Origin: Prevotella sp.
Lineage (GTDB): Bacteria; Bacteroidota; Bacteroidia; Bacteroidales; Bacteroidaceae
Reading direction: 5' to 3'
Length of the DNA: 64,000 nt
Assembly: GCA_017619445.1 (NCBI GenBank)
Contig: JAFZSI010000021.1
Span: 10,216 to 74,215, forward strand
Below the pieces are notes generated by a model. That model saw only the letters and a program-made list of their open reading frames with translations, was not told the DNA's origin and did no database searches. Of the stretch, positions 29,881 through 39,517 are shown piece after piece. The stretch's first letter is position 1. Every line of letters starts with the position of its first letter. The translations under genes were made by a program, and so were the position numbers.

Positions 29881-30699
29881 ATGAAATCAAGAATCCTATT
29901 CACATTCATTGCCCTTTTAGTGGCAATATCCGTGTCAGCGCAACCGCCACGCGCCAGAGAGGAAGCAAGGCGGCTGACCAATCACATGGATCGCATGGTG
30001 GGACTGAGCCGAGGGCAGTATGACGAAATCTACCGCATCAACCTGCGCTACGCATTGCGCGAGATTGGTCCCGAGCGCCGCGACAGAGCCTACCGCCGTG
30101 TGTTAACCCCACGCCAGTGGGACGATTATGTAATCGGCCGTCCGCATCATCACCGCCCAGTAGCTGGTCCTCCACCTCCCCGTAGAGGTCCGCGTGCCAC
30201 ACCTCCTCCCCGCAGAGGTCCCGGCCCAAGAACGGCTCCTCCTCCCCGTAGAGATGCAGGTCCAAGAGCTGCTCCCCGTGGCAACGGACCAAGCCGTAAC
30301 AATGGCAATAACTTCCGAGGCAATGGCCCAAGCCGCAATAATGGTAATAATTTCCGCGGCAACGGAGGTGGAAACCGTGGCAATGGCAACAATTTCCGTG
30401 GCAATAACGGTGGCAACCGTGGCAACGGCAACAACTTCCGCGGTAACGGAGGTGGCCAGAACCGTGGCAACGGCAACAACTTCCGAGGCAACAACGGTGG
30501 CCAGAACCGCAACAACGGCAACAACTTCCGCGGCAACAACGGTGGCCAGAACCGCGGCAACGGCAACAACTTCCGCGGCAATGGCGGAGGACAGAACCGC
30601 GGCAACGGCAACAACTTCCGCGGCAACGGCGGTGGCAACCGTGGCAATGGCGGCGGAAACCGCGGTGGTGGCAACCGCCCCAACGCAAACTGGCAATAA
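29881..30699 (+). CDS. Secreted paralog 2 with PPPRR motifs and 8 GNNFRGN low-complexity repeats
   Basis: ORF translation; tandem 13-15 aa units in 30280-30690. Confidence 0.85.
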   Translation: MKSRILFTFIALLVAISVSAQPPRAREEARRLTNHMDRMVGLSRGQYDEIYRINLRYALREIGPERRDRAYRRVLTPRQWDDYVIGRPHHHRPVAGPPPPRRGPRATPPPRRGPGPRTAPPPRRDAGPRAAPRGNGPSRNNGNNFRGNGPSRNNGNNFRGNGGGNRGNGNNFRGNNGGNRGNGNNFRGNGGGQNRGNGNNFRGNNGGQNRNNGNNFRGNNGGQNRGNGNNFRGNGGGQNRGNGNNFRGNGGGNRGNGGGNRGGGNRPNANWQ

Positions 30700-30864
30700 C
30701 AGCATTTGCCTCGACGTTGGAAGATGTAACTCTTGCGGTTTCATTCTTAACAACAAAAACGGCACGGAACGTTCAGGCGTTCCGTGTCGTTGTTTATATG
30801 CGTGGTTGTCATAAAGCCAAACGTGGGAACAATAACCTCGCGGCCTGTTTTTCTAAACCTGTGC

Positions 30865-31048
30865 ATTGCGTTCAAATTTTCTAGAGAATTCATTCGTAAA
30901 GCAATGCTTTGTTCTCACCACGCAAAACGTGAGAAATACAACGTGATGCTTTACGCTGAAATTTTCTAGAAAATTTTGTTGTAAACTTATGCTTTGCGTC
31001 AGCAAACCGATGCTTTGTTTTCGCAAACCGATGCTTTACGATTGTAAC
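30865..31048. repeat. Modular palindromic repeat, cluster 5
   Basis: Palindromes at 30865-30900 and 30950-30985 (gap 49 = 2x21+7), followed by three 21-bp units. Confidence 0.9.
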
Positions 31049-31206
31049 ACGCACAGTTGGGTTCATATACGTGCGTTTGGCTGGTGTAACGCGGATAACG
31101 ATTGCCACGACTATGAAGGATGAGAGGGGCAAAAAAGCGGCCAATGCGCTCAGACTTGAAGCCTGAATCGCATTGGCCGTTGTCATGCATGAAGCTTTGC
31201 TGTTCT

Positions 31207-32331
31207 TTACTCGTTGCGGTCGCGACGGTTGCCGTTAGGCCGGTTTCCTTTCTGACCGTCACGGTTGCCATGGTTGCCGCCCTGATTGGCATTGGGCTTA
31301 CGGTCGCCGCCGTTGCCACCCTGGCGCGCGCCCTGCTGACCGTCGCGGTTGCCACGGTTGCCGCCCTGATTGGCGTTGGGCTTACGGTCGCCGCCGTTGC
31401 CGCTTGGGCGCGTTCCCTGCTGGCCGTCGCGGTTGCCGCGGTTGCCGCCCTGATTAGCGTTTGGCTTACGGTCGCCGCCGTTGCCGCTTGGGCGCGTTCC
31501 CTGCTGACGGTCACCGCGGTTGCCACCCTGTCCGGCACGTGCGTTGTTGCCGCTTGGCGGACCGCCCTGTTTGCCTTGAGCCTGGCCGTTTTTACTGCCC
31601 TGTCCGTTCTTTCCAGGCGGTGGACCGTTCTTGCCTTTGCCGTTTTTGTCGTTGTGGCCACCCTTGCCGCCCTTCGGGCTGGGGCCGCTCAGCGCGTCGG
31701 CTACTGCTCCAACAGCCACAACACCGCCAATAATGCCCGCCCAGGTGTTCGTGGAACGTTCCTTGGCCTTGTCCCACCGCATGTAGGCCTCGTCTATGTA
31801 GTCCTCACTGCGGTCGCGCAGGTCGCGTGTGGCATCGCTCGAACGTGTGACGCGCTCGAAGTCCTCGATGGCCTTTTTCCATTTCTTCATTTGGAAATAG
31901 CACACGCCCCGCGAGAAGAATATGGGTGCGGAGGGGCCGCGGTCGAGCACCTTGTCGTAGCATTTGACGGCCTGTTTGAACTTGCCCATCTGCTCAAGCT
32001 GGCGAGCCTCGTCGAGCAAGGGGTCGCCATAAGGTGCCGAGGGTGCTTCGTTCATTTCTATGCGGTCGTCAGCATATCCGTCGTCGCCATAGTCATCGGC
32101 GTAATCGTCGGAACGGCTGTCGCCTCGCTTGTCTCTCACCAGTATTAACATGCCCGCGTAGCAGTAGCTCAGGTCGTCGTTGATACGCTTCAGCTCGCTT
32201 TCGGTCATGCCGAACTTTCGGGCGATGGATGCGAGTGTCTCGCCTCGCTGCACGCGGTATTTAGTGGGCCGCTGCGCACTCATGGGAATAACCACGAGTG
32301 CCAGCAGCAACATCATCAGAAATCGTCTCAT
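31207..32331 (-). CDS. Secreted LysM + TPR protein with a Gly-rich hydrophobic segment and G/N/Q/R repeat tail
   Basis: YRVQRGETLASIARKFG (LysM), TPR helices, WAGIIGGVVAVGAV, three 28-aa repeats containing GNGGDRKPNANQGGN. Confidence 0.85.
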   Translation of the reverse strand: MRRFLMMLLLALVVIPMSAQRPTKYRVQRGETLASIARKFGMTESELKRINDDLSYCYAGMLILVRDKRGDSRSDDYADDYGDDGYADDRIEMNEAPSAPYGDPLLDEARQLEQMGKFKQAVKCYDKVLDRGPSAPIFFSRGVCYFQMKKWKKAIEDFERVTRSSDATRDLRDRSEDYIDEAYMRWDKAKERSTNTWAGIIGGVVAVGAVADALSGPSPKGGKGGHNDKNGKGKNGPPPGKNGQGSKNGQAQGKQGGPPSGNNARAGQGGNRGDRQQGTRPSGNGGDRKPNANQGGNRGNRDGQQGTRPSGNGGDRKPNANQGGNRGNRDGQQGARQGGNGGDRKPNANQGGNHGNRDGQKGNRPNGNRRDRNE

Positions 32332-32355
32332 AGTTGTTGGGGTGTGGGTTGTGGA

Positions 32356-33201
32356 TTAGTCGCACTGCACGACGAGATAGTTGCTCACGCTCCAGAATTG
32401 TGTGGGATCGAGAATCTTCAGCTGGTTTCCATTCTCGGTTTCCACGAACTCATAGGAGCCGTCGGGCGCAGGCGAGATGAGTTTCACCTTCTTGCCAGGC
32501 AGGTCAAGCGAATTAAACTTGCGGATATCGACGGGGCGGAAACGGTCCTGCGGAATGTTGCCCATATCCACCTTTCCTTTCTTAAAGAGGTTGCCGCTGG
32601 TGAGAATGCCGAGTTCTTTCAGCTCGCTCTTGGAGCCTACGAGGTAGTAGCACTCGTTGATAATCTTGTCCTGAGCCTTCATCACGCGCTGCTGGTCCTC
32701 AATCTTGCGGTCCTTGCGCCACAGGTGGTTGCGCAGGTGGTCCACATCGAAGCTGGCGTCCTCCAGTTCGTAGCTCATCTCCTCAATTTCAATCTCTTTA
32801 GTGTCCAATTGGTCGATAAGCATGCCTATCACCTTGCCCAACTGAGCCTCGCTGCCCGTGCTCTGCGCGAGTTTTTTCTGCAGTTCCTTCAGTTTGGCCT
32901 TCTGACGGCCCATCAGCTGTCCGTATGCAGCCAGGTTCTGCTTGATTTGAGCGCGGTCTTTGAGCACCTCTTTGTTCTTGCCCACAAAGAGCAGGCCTTC
33001 CTGGGCCGCCATGCTGTCAATCATCATCGAAATGTCGTCGAGCACGGCATTCACGCCGCCAATCACGGTGTCTCTGACGCCGATTTCAGCTGCCAATGAG
33101 TCTGCTATTTCGTCGCCAGGACCAGTTTTACTACCATTACAGGCACTCAGGAACACGATGGCTGCTGCGCCTGCCAAGAAAAATAAAAATTGCTTTTTCA
33201 T
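32356..33201 (-). CDS. Coiled-coil lipoprotein resembling the Cbp1-family adhesin
   Basis: Lipobox LSAC, long coiled coil, C-terminal YYLVGSKSELK...DIR...DPTQFWSVSNYLVV; family call from recall of the motif. Confidence 0.7.
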   Translation of the reverse strand: MKKQFLFFLAGAAAIVFLSACNGSKTGPGDEIADSLAAEIGVRDTVIGGVNAVLDDISMMIDSMAAQEGLLFVGKNKEVLKDRAQIKQNLAAYGQLMGRQKAKLKELQKKLAQSTGSEAQLGKVIGMLIDQLDTKEIEIEEMSYELEDASFDVDHLRNHLWRKDRKIEDQQRVMKAQDKIINECYYLVGSKSELKELGILTSGNLFKKGKVDMGNIPQDRFRPVDIRKFNSLDLPGKKVKLISPAPDGSYEFVETENGNQLKILDPTQFWSVSNYLVVQCD

Positions 33202-33283
33202 GATACGAAACGTTTTTATGATTAATTTGTTTTGTATTGATTTGTTGCTTTCTCGTGTTTTGTCGTTTCATGGAAATGATTTA

Positions 33284-33366
33284 CAAAGATAACGCCTATG
33301 GAGCGGAACTGATTCCCAAATTCACAGAAATCGCAAAAATGCCCATCTTTTTGCGAATTTGGGAAT
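33284..33366 (-). promoter_or_regulatory. Promoter with the same GAATTTGGGAA boxes
   Basis: Minus-strand box at 33313-33323, 21 bp before TATCTTTG (33284-33291); inverted copy at 33355-33365. Confidence 0.7.
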
Positions 33367-33573
33367 CGGATAGCTTTTTTCTGTGGCAGCAATGAGCGTT
33401 GAACATGGGTCAAACCACTTTTTTATGCCAACAATACGTTTTCGGGAACAAAAAAGCATAAGCGTCTGATGAAGTGAGTGCAAAAAAACTTCTTGTTTTC
33501 TTTGCCCAGCGGGAAGATTTTAATTAATTTTGCATCGAAAACGAAATCAACAAAAGATAACACAGACAAACAG

Positions 33574-34263
33574 ATGAAAATAGGAGTCATCGTGGCCATG
33601 GAGAAGGAGTTTGTGCAGCTGCGCACCCTGCTCGACAACCCGACAACGGAGCGCCACAACCGTAAGGACTTTGTGATTGGACAGCTTGGCGGCAACACCA
33701 TCGTCATGCAGCAGTGCGGCATTGGCAAGGTGAACGCGGCCATCGGTACGGTGGAGATGATTGACAACTTCCAGCCCGACCTGATTATCTCTACAGGCGT
33801 GGCTGGTGGTGGCGATGTGAGCATGAACATCATGGACGTGGTAGTGAGCACCGAATGCACCTACCATGACACCTACTGCGGTCCGGATGTTGCCTACGGT
33901 CAGCTCATTGGCACCCCCGCACGTTTTCGTTCGCCGAAAGAATATGTGGAAAAGGCTCTCAGTATTCAGGGACGCCCAGTGCATCCTGGCCTGATAGTCA
34001 CTGGCGACTGGTTTGTGGATAAGAAAGAGAAGATGCAGGCTATCCTGGAGCATTTCCCCGAGGCAAAGGCTGTGGATATGGAAAGTTGCGCCATTGCCCA
34101 TACATGCCATATCTACGGGATTCCATTCATCTCGTTCCGCATCATCAGCGACATTCCCCTCAAAGACACCGACGCCAGCCAGTATTTCGATTTCTGGGCG
34201 CGAATGGCAGAAGGCTCGTTCAGCGTAACCAAAAAATTCCTGGAGAGTATAGATAATGCATGA
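33574..34263 (+). CDS. mtnN: 5'-methylthioadenosine/S-adenosylhomocysteine nucleosidase
   Basis: MKIGVIVAM..E, CGIGKVNAA, AVDMES.AIA, FRIISD. Confidence 0.95.
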   Translation: MKIGVIVAMEKEFVQLRTLLDNPTTERHNRKDFVIGQLGGNTIVMQQCGIGKVNAAIGTVEMIDNFQPDLIISTGVAGGGDVSMNIMDVVVSTECTYHDTYCGPDVAYGQLIGTPARFRSPKEYVEKALSIQGRPVHPGLIVTGDWFVDKKEKMQAILEHFPEAKAVDMESCAIAHTCHIYGIPFISFRIISDIPLKDTDASQYFDFWARMAEGSFSVTKKFLESIDNA

Positions 34264-34331
34264 TGCTTAATGCATAATAACTTTGAACTTTGAACTTTGA
34301 ACTTTTTCTCTCCTTTACTCCTTTATTAATT

Positions 34332-34850
34332 ATGAACAAAATTCCCAGTTTCACCATCGACCACGAACATCTGTTGCGTGGCATATATGTTAGCCGCAAA
34401 GACCAGATTAGCGGTGACACCGTCACCACCTTTGACATCCGCATGAAGGAGCCCAACCGTGAGCCCGTGCTGCATCAAGGTGCTATCCATACTATCGAGC
34501 ACTTGGCAGCCACTTTCCTGCGCAACCATCCGATATGGAAAGACCGCATTGTCTATTGGGGGCCAATGGGTTGTCTCACGGGCAACTACCTGCTCATGCG
34601 TGGCGACTTGGAACCGGCGGACATTGTGCAGCTCATGCAAGAGACATTCCGTTTCATTGCCAACTTCGGAATTGCAGAGGAAACGGCTGCTTCCAATGCA
34701 CAGATTCCCGGGGCTGCACCCCGCGATTGTGGTAACTGGCTGCTGCACGACCTTCCCATGGCGCGCTTTGAGGCACGCCGCTTTTTGGAAGAAGTGCTGA
34801 TGAATATGAAACCTGAGAATATGGTCTATCCATCCTCTGCTCAGAGCTGA
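34332..34850 (+). CDS. luxS: S-ribosylhomocysteine lyase (AI-2 synthesis)
   Basis: SFTIDH, HTIEH, GPMGCLTG, CGN..LHDL. Confidence 0.96.
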   Translation: MNKIPSFTIDHEHLLRGIYVSRKDQISGDTVTTFDIRMKEPNREPVLHQGAIHTIEHLAATFLRNHPIWKDRIVYWGPMGCLTGNYLLMRGDLEPADIVQLMQETFRFIANFGIAEETAASNAQIPGAAPRDCGNWLLHDLPMARFEARRFLEEVLMNMKPENMVYPSSAQS

Positions 34851-34910
34851 TGGTTAGGAGATTTGTCGTTTAGTCGTTTAGTCGTTTAGGAGATTTTTCA
34901 GAGTCCTGAA

Positions 34911-35762
34911 TCAGAACTCCTCGCGCAGAAACATATCGAAGATGGTTTTGGTAATCTGTGAAATGACGAAGCTGTTGGTTTCGTCATTTTCTTTTGAATC
35001 TTTGATAAACACAACGATATAACATTGTTTTCCGTCGGGCAAGTTGACAATGGCCGCATCGTTATAGGCCACTCTCACCCCGTTGAGCATAGGTCCGGTG
35101 CCCGTCTTATGGCCCATTTCAGCCCAGAAGGGCAACCCAGCCTTAATGCGGTCGTTGCCTGTATTTGCATTGTCCATGACGCGTGTCAACAGCTCATGGT
35201 TGTAGGCCATGAAAAGTTGGGCCATGGCTGACGGTGAACTCCAGTTGTCGTAGCAGAGCTCTGGATTGTCGTGCATTTGCGCCTCCGTGTAGTTGAGGGA
35301 AAACTCGCCAATGCCCAGTTCTCTGATAATCTGGTCAACACGCGCAATGCCTCCGCATTGGCGTATGAGCAGGTCGTTGGCGTTATTGTCGCTTTCGCTT
35401 ACACTCCAGCGCATGAGGTCGGCCATGGTGATGCGGAAATCGGCACCGGGATGGATGAGGCGCAACGGGCTGTAGGTGTCGGCGCGCATGTCTTGTGCGC
35501 TTACGTCGGTAAGCGAGTCCATGGGCAGTTCCTGCAGCAGGGCCGCCACTGCAACGTGATACTTGAACACGCTTGCTAACGGGAACTGCTGGTCGTTGTT
35601 GTATGCGAATTTCTTACCGTCGTAGGCGAAAGCCACGCCAATGGTCATCTGCTTTCCTTTGGCAATATGGTCAATCTTACGCGTAAGCCGCTCCTGCCAA
35701 CCCGCATTCGCGCTGCTGGTCAGCATCACTAACGCAATCAATATCAACCCTATGCGCCGCAT
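34911..35762 (-). CDS. Class A serine beta-lactamase (Bacteroidales A2-like)
   Basis: Signal peptide; FPLASVFK, SDN, TEAQMH (E166 equivalent), HKTG. Confidence 0.88.
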   Translation of the reverse strand: MRRIGLILIALVMLTSSANAGWQERLTRKIDHIAKGKQMTIGVAFAYDGKKFAYNNDQQFPLASVFKYHVAVAALLQELPMDSLTDVSAQDMRADTYSPLRLIHPGADFRITMADLMRWSVSESDNNANDLLIRQCGGIARVDQIIRELGIGEFSLNYTEAQMHDNPELCYDNWSSPSAMAQLFMAYNHELLTRVMDNANTGNDRIKAGLPFWAEMGHKTGTGPMLNGVRVAYNDAAIVNLPDGKQCYIVVFIKDSKENDETNSFVISQITKTIFDMFLREEF

Positions 35763-35780
35763 ACCAAAGTCCCCCAACTC

Positions 35781-37586
35781 TTAGTTTTCCTTCATCGCCT
35801 TCTTGCGCTGGTCGTGGTCAAGAATAATCTTACGCATACGCATCGATTTGGGCGTAACCTCAACCAGTTCGTCGGCTTTGATGTATTCCAGGCATTCCTC
35901 CAACGACATGACGGTCTTTGGAATGATGCGGGCTTTCTCGTCGCTGCCGCTGGCACGCACGTTTGTCAGCTGTTTTGCCTTGGTTACATTGATTACCAGG
36001 TCTTTGTCGTGCACATGTTCGCCAACCACCTGTCCAATATACACTTCCTCGCCCGGGTCGATGAAGAATTTGCCACGGTCCTGCAGCTTGTCAATGCTGT
36101 AAGCGAATGCTGTGCCCGTTTCCATGGCAATCATCGAACCGTTCACGCGTCGCTCAATGTCGCCTTTATAAGGTTGGTACTCCTTGAACCGGTGGGCCAT
36201 GATGGCCTCGCCCTGGCTTGCCGTGAGCACATTGGTGCGCAGTCCGATGATGCCGCGCGAGGGCATGTCGAATTCAATGTTCACACGCTCGCCCTGGCTT
36301 TCCATGCTGGTCATCTCGCCTTTGCGGCGTGTCACCATATCAATCATCTTCGAGGCAAATTCCTCCGGCACGTTGATGGTCAGCTCCTCAATGGGCTCGC
36401 ACCGCTTGCCGTCAATTTCCTTGTAGATTACCTGTGGCTGACCCACCTGCAGCTCATAGCCTTCGCGGCGCATGGTTTCTATGAGCACACTCAGATGGAG
36501 CACACCGCGGCCGCTGACTATCCATTTGTCGGTGGAATCTTCGAAAAGTTCCACGCGCAGGGCCAGATTCTTCTCTAACTCGCGCTCCAGACGGTCGTTG
36601 ATGTGGCGCGAAGTGACATATTTGCCCTCCTTGCCGAAGAAAGGCGAGTCGTTGATGGTGAACAGCATGCTCATCGTCGGCTCGTCGATGGCAATGGGCG
36701 GCAGCGGCTCGGGCGACTCGAAGTCGCAGATGGTGTCGCCAATCTCGAAGTGCTCCAGACCGATGACAGCACAGATGTCGCCACAATCCACCTTGTCGGT
36801 GCGCACGTGGCCCATGCCCTCGAAGGTGTGTAGCTCCTTGATGCGCGTCTTCTCCATCGAACCGTCGCGGTGGACAATGGTCACCTGCATTCCGTCGGTC
36901 AGGGTGCCACGGTGCACGCGCCCCACGGCAATTCTTCCCGTGTAGCTGCTGTAGTCGAGCGAGGTGATGAGCATCTGTGGCGTTCCTTCTATCTGCTTCG
37001 GTGCGGGAATCACCTCAATAATTTTGTCGAGCAGATAGGTTATGTTGTCGGTTGGGGTGTTATAGTCTTCGCCCATCCATCCTTGCTTGGCTGAACCATA
37101 GACCACAGGAAAGTCGAGCTGGTCTTCAGTGGCGTTAAGCGAGAACATCAGGTCGAACACCATTTCATATACCTCTTCGGGACGACAGTTGGGCTTGTCC
37201 ACCTTGTTTACCACCACAATGGGCTTCAGTCCTATCTCTAAGGCTTTCTGCAGTACGAAACGCGTCTGGGGCATCGGACCCTCAAAAGCATCAACCAACA
37301 ACAGGCAACCGTCGGCCATATTGAGCACACGCTCCACTTCACCGCCGAAATCGCTGTGTCCCGGGGTGTCGATGATATTGATTTTTACACCTTTATAATT
37401 TATGGAAACGTTTTTCGAAAGGATGGTGATGCCGCGCTCGCGCTCCAGGTCGTTATTGTCGAGCACCTGGCTGCTCAGGTTCTGTCCTTCACGAAACAGA
37501 TTGCCGGCCAGCATCATCTTATCTACGAGTGTAGTCTTGCCATGGTCAACGTGTGCGATAATCGCTATATTCCTAATGTCTTGCAT
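35781..37586 (-). CDS. typA: Translational GTPase TypA/BipA
   Basis: [30 protein letters not shown]. Confidence 0.97.
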   Translation of the reverse strand: MQDIRNIAIIAHVDHGKTTLVDKMMLAGNLFREGQNLSSQVLDNNDLERERGITILSKNVSINYKGVKINIIDTPGHSDFGGEVERVLNMADGCLLLVDAFEGPMPQTRFVLQKALEIGLKPIVVVNKVDKPNCRPEEVYEMVFDLMFSLNATEDQLDFPVVYGSAKQGWMGEDYNTPTDNITYLLDKIIEVIPAPKQIEGTPQMLITSLDYSSYTGRIAVGRVHRGTLTDGMQVTIVHRDGSMEKTRIKELHTFEGMGHVRTDKVDCGDICAVIGLEHFEIGDTICDFESPEPLPPIAIDEPTMSMLFTINDSPFFGKEGKYVTSRHINDRLERELEKNLALRVELFEDSTDKWIVSGRGVLHLSVLIETMRREGYELQVGQPQVIYKEIDGKRCEPIEELTINVPEEFASKMIDMVTRRKGEMTSMESQGERVNIEFDMPSRGIIGLRTNVLTASQGEAIMAHRFKEYQPYKGDIERRVNGSMIAMETGTAFAYSIDKLQDRGKFFIDPGEEVYIGQVVGEHVHDKDLVINVTKAKQLTNVRASGSDEKARIIPKTVMSLEECLEYIKADELVEVTPKSMRMRKIILDHDQRKKAMKEN

Positions 37587-37844
37587 ATTTGATTATTATC
37601 CTTGATTTCGGGTGCAAAGGTACGATTAAGTGAGCAAAAAAACAAAAGAATCGCCGTTTTCTTTTGTTTTTTTCGAACGGCAGTACTTTCGACGCAGTTC
37701 AAAATTACTAATATAATAGAAGAATGAAGAACAAAGAACAAAGAATAAAGCAATATATCCACAAAAAAAGTTAAAATCGAGGAACAGCCCCAAAATACTT
37801 CAGCTTTCATTCTTCATTCTCCACGAAAAAGCAGTACCTTTGCA

Positions 37845-37975
37845 GCCGATTTCGGAAAATCCGATGCATTTGACGACGTAATCCGCGCATGTGATTAAGT
37901 GTGCTGCGCTATGCGGCAATCCATTCGCCACAAGGAGAATGCGCGCGGCAAGCGTCAGAAAGATGTAATGTTTCA
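37845..37975 (+). promoter_or_regulatory. Structured rpsO 5' leader (candidate S15 autoregulatory RNA)
   Basis: Nested complementary pairs TGACG/CGTCA, CCGCGC/GCGCGG and CATTC/GAATG downstream of the -7 box at 37835. Confidence 0.5.
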
Positions 37976-37998
37976 ACAATTTAATCACAACAAAACAC

Positions 37999-38271
37999 AT
38001 GTATTTAGACAAAGCTAAGAAAGCTGAGATTTTCGAGAAGCATGGCCGCAACGGCGTAGCCGACACCGGTTCTCCCGAGAGCCAGATTGCCCTGTTCTCA
38101 TTTCGCATCGCTCATTTGACTGAGCACCTGAAGCAAAACCACAAGGACCACGTGACAGCACGCTCTCTGACCAAGCTCGTTGGTAAGCGCCGCAAGCTGC
38201 TCACCTACTTGAAGGACCGCGACATTGAGCGCTACCGCGCCATCATCAAGGCTCTGGGCCTGCGCCGATAA
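37999..38271 (+). CDS. rpsO: 30S ribosomal protein S15
   Basis: DTGSPESQIAL..LVGKRRKLL.YL..LGLRR. Confidence 0.98.
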   Translation: MYLDKAKKAEIFEKHGRNGVADTGSPESQIALFSFRIAHLTEHLKQNHKDHVTARSLTKLVGKRRKLLTYLKDRDIERYRAIIKALGLRR

Positions 38272-38292
38272 TCGCAGCAGCACAAACCAAAG

Positions 38293-38339
38293 AAAAAGAA
38301 GAATCTGTCTGTATCTCTACGGGCAGATTCTTCTTTTTT
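38293..38339 (+). terminator. Intrinsic terminator after rpsO
   Basis: AAAAAGAAGAATCTGTC...GGCAGATTCTTCTTTTT. Confidence 0.8.
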
Positions 38340-38462
38340 GTCCATTCCCTACGTTTCGCGGCGTTTCCCACATCGTTCGCTCGCGCCACTGTTCTCCGTG
38401 CAGCACCCACAGTTGCCCACGCCATTTTTCCATTACCAAACGCCCCAAACACACCCCATTGC

Positions 38463-38646
38463 TTTACGCGCAAATTTTCTAGAAAATTTAGCCATAAACC
38501 TGCCAATTGGAAAAGTAAAGCAATTCGTTGTTTTTTCAAACCATTGCTTTATTCTCACAAACCATTACTTTGCAATCACAAAGTGGCACTTTACGGTCGC
38601 AAAGCGGCACTTTACGCGCAGATTTTCTAGAAAATTTGCGCGCAAA
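38463..38646. repeat. Modular palindromic repeat, cluster 6
   Basis: Palindromes at 38463-38498 and 38611-38646 (gap 112 = 5x21+7). Confidence 0.9.
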
Positions 38647-38660
38647 GCATCGAGTTGTGT

Positions 38661-39515
38661 CTATAGCCCGTATTTCGCGCGGAATAAAGCTAACTGTTGG
38701 TTGGCCTGTTCGCGAAACTGCTTGTAGGTTTCCGAGTCGGGGTCGAAGGGCTTGTGGTTGAGCGCCTGCTGGATGGGCCGCCACTCGTCGAGAAACTGGC
38801 GCGAGGCCTTGCTGAGCAATGATTCCTGCAACCGCAGCCAGATGTAGTCGGCGGCTTGTTCGGATGGGTGCAGCATGTCGGGGGCATAGAAACGGTAGTC
38901 GCGCAACTCGTCGTTCACAATCTCATAGGCGGGGAAGTAGTAGGGGGGAGTTGAGGGTTGAGATTTGAGATTTGAGGGTTGAGATTTGAGATTTGAGGGT
39001 TGAGATTTTGTTTCTTCAACTGCGAGCAGCAGTGTGGCTTTCGACAGCTGGCTGCCGTGGAATCCGTACTTCGCATAGCGTATGGGACTGACGGTGAGCA
39101 CAATCCTTATGTCGGGATTCATGTTGCGCAGCAAGCTGACACACTCGTGGAGCGCGTCGGTGCATTGTGCCACGGTGAGCTGTTCCTCCTGAAACAGGCG
39201 TTGCGGCCGCTTTTCGCAGTTGTCAACAATCTCGCCTGTCTCTTTGAGCCGATATACATGGTTGGTGCCGAGGGTAAGAAAGCATACATCGGGCACATAG
39301 TCCTGATTAGGCGTTGCAAACAATCGTTGCAGGGTGTGCAGAATGCTTACGGGGTTGTACATGGTGCCGTAGGGATTGACCACCGTGCAGAACTGGTTGT
39401 CGGCAAACCGCTGCCCCATGCTTGTGGCGAAGCAACTGCCCACGAACAGCAGCCTGTCCGTGGGTTCTATCTGCCAATTGGGTTTCTCAATGCTTACTTC
39501 GGTGCGGAATTTCAT
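38661..39515 (-). CDS. GSCFA domain protein (SGNH-like)
   Basis: GSCFA, NP.G..YNP, YFPAYEI..DELRDYRFY..DMLHP; in-frame KSQPSNL repeat. Confidence 0.9.
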   Translation of the reverse strand: MKFRTEVSIEKPNWQIEPTDRLLFVGSCFATSMGQRFADNQFCTVVNPYGTMYNPVSILHTLQRLFATPNQDYVPDVCFLTLGTNHVYRLKETGEIVDNCEKRPQRLFQEEQLTVAQCTDALHECVSLLRNMNPDIRIVLTVSPIRYAKYGFHGSQLSKATLLLAVEETKSQPSNLKSQPSNLKSQPSTPPYYFPAYEIVNDELRDYRFYAPDMLHPSEQAADYIWLRLQESLLSKASRQFLDEWRPIQQALNHKPFDPDSETYKQFREQANQQLALFRAKYGL

Positions 39516-39517
39516 TG

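Noticed and set aside
30038-30814. Repetitive Cys/Arg-, Pro/Leu- and Ala/Thr-rich ORFs in other frames
   Set aside because: By-products of the GNNFRGN coding repeat; only the + frame has a signal peptide and a paralog.
38463-38646. 36-bp palindromic repeats as a CRISPR array
   Set aside because: At most two per locus, the repeats are degenerate, the intervening DNA is itself periodic, and there are no cas genes in the window.
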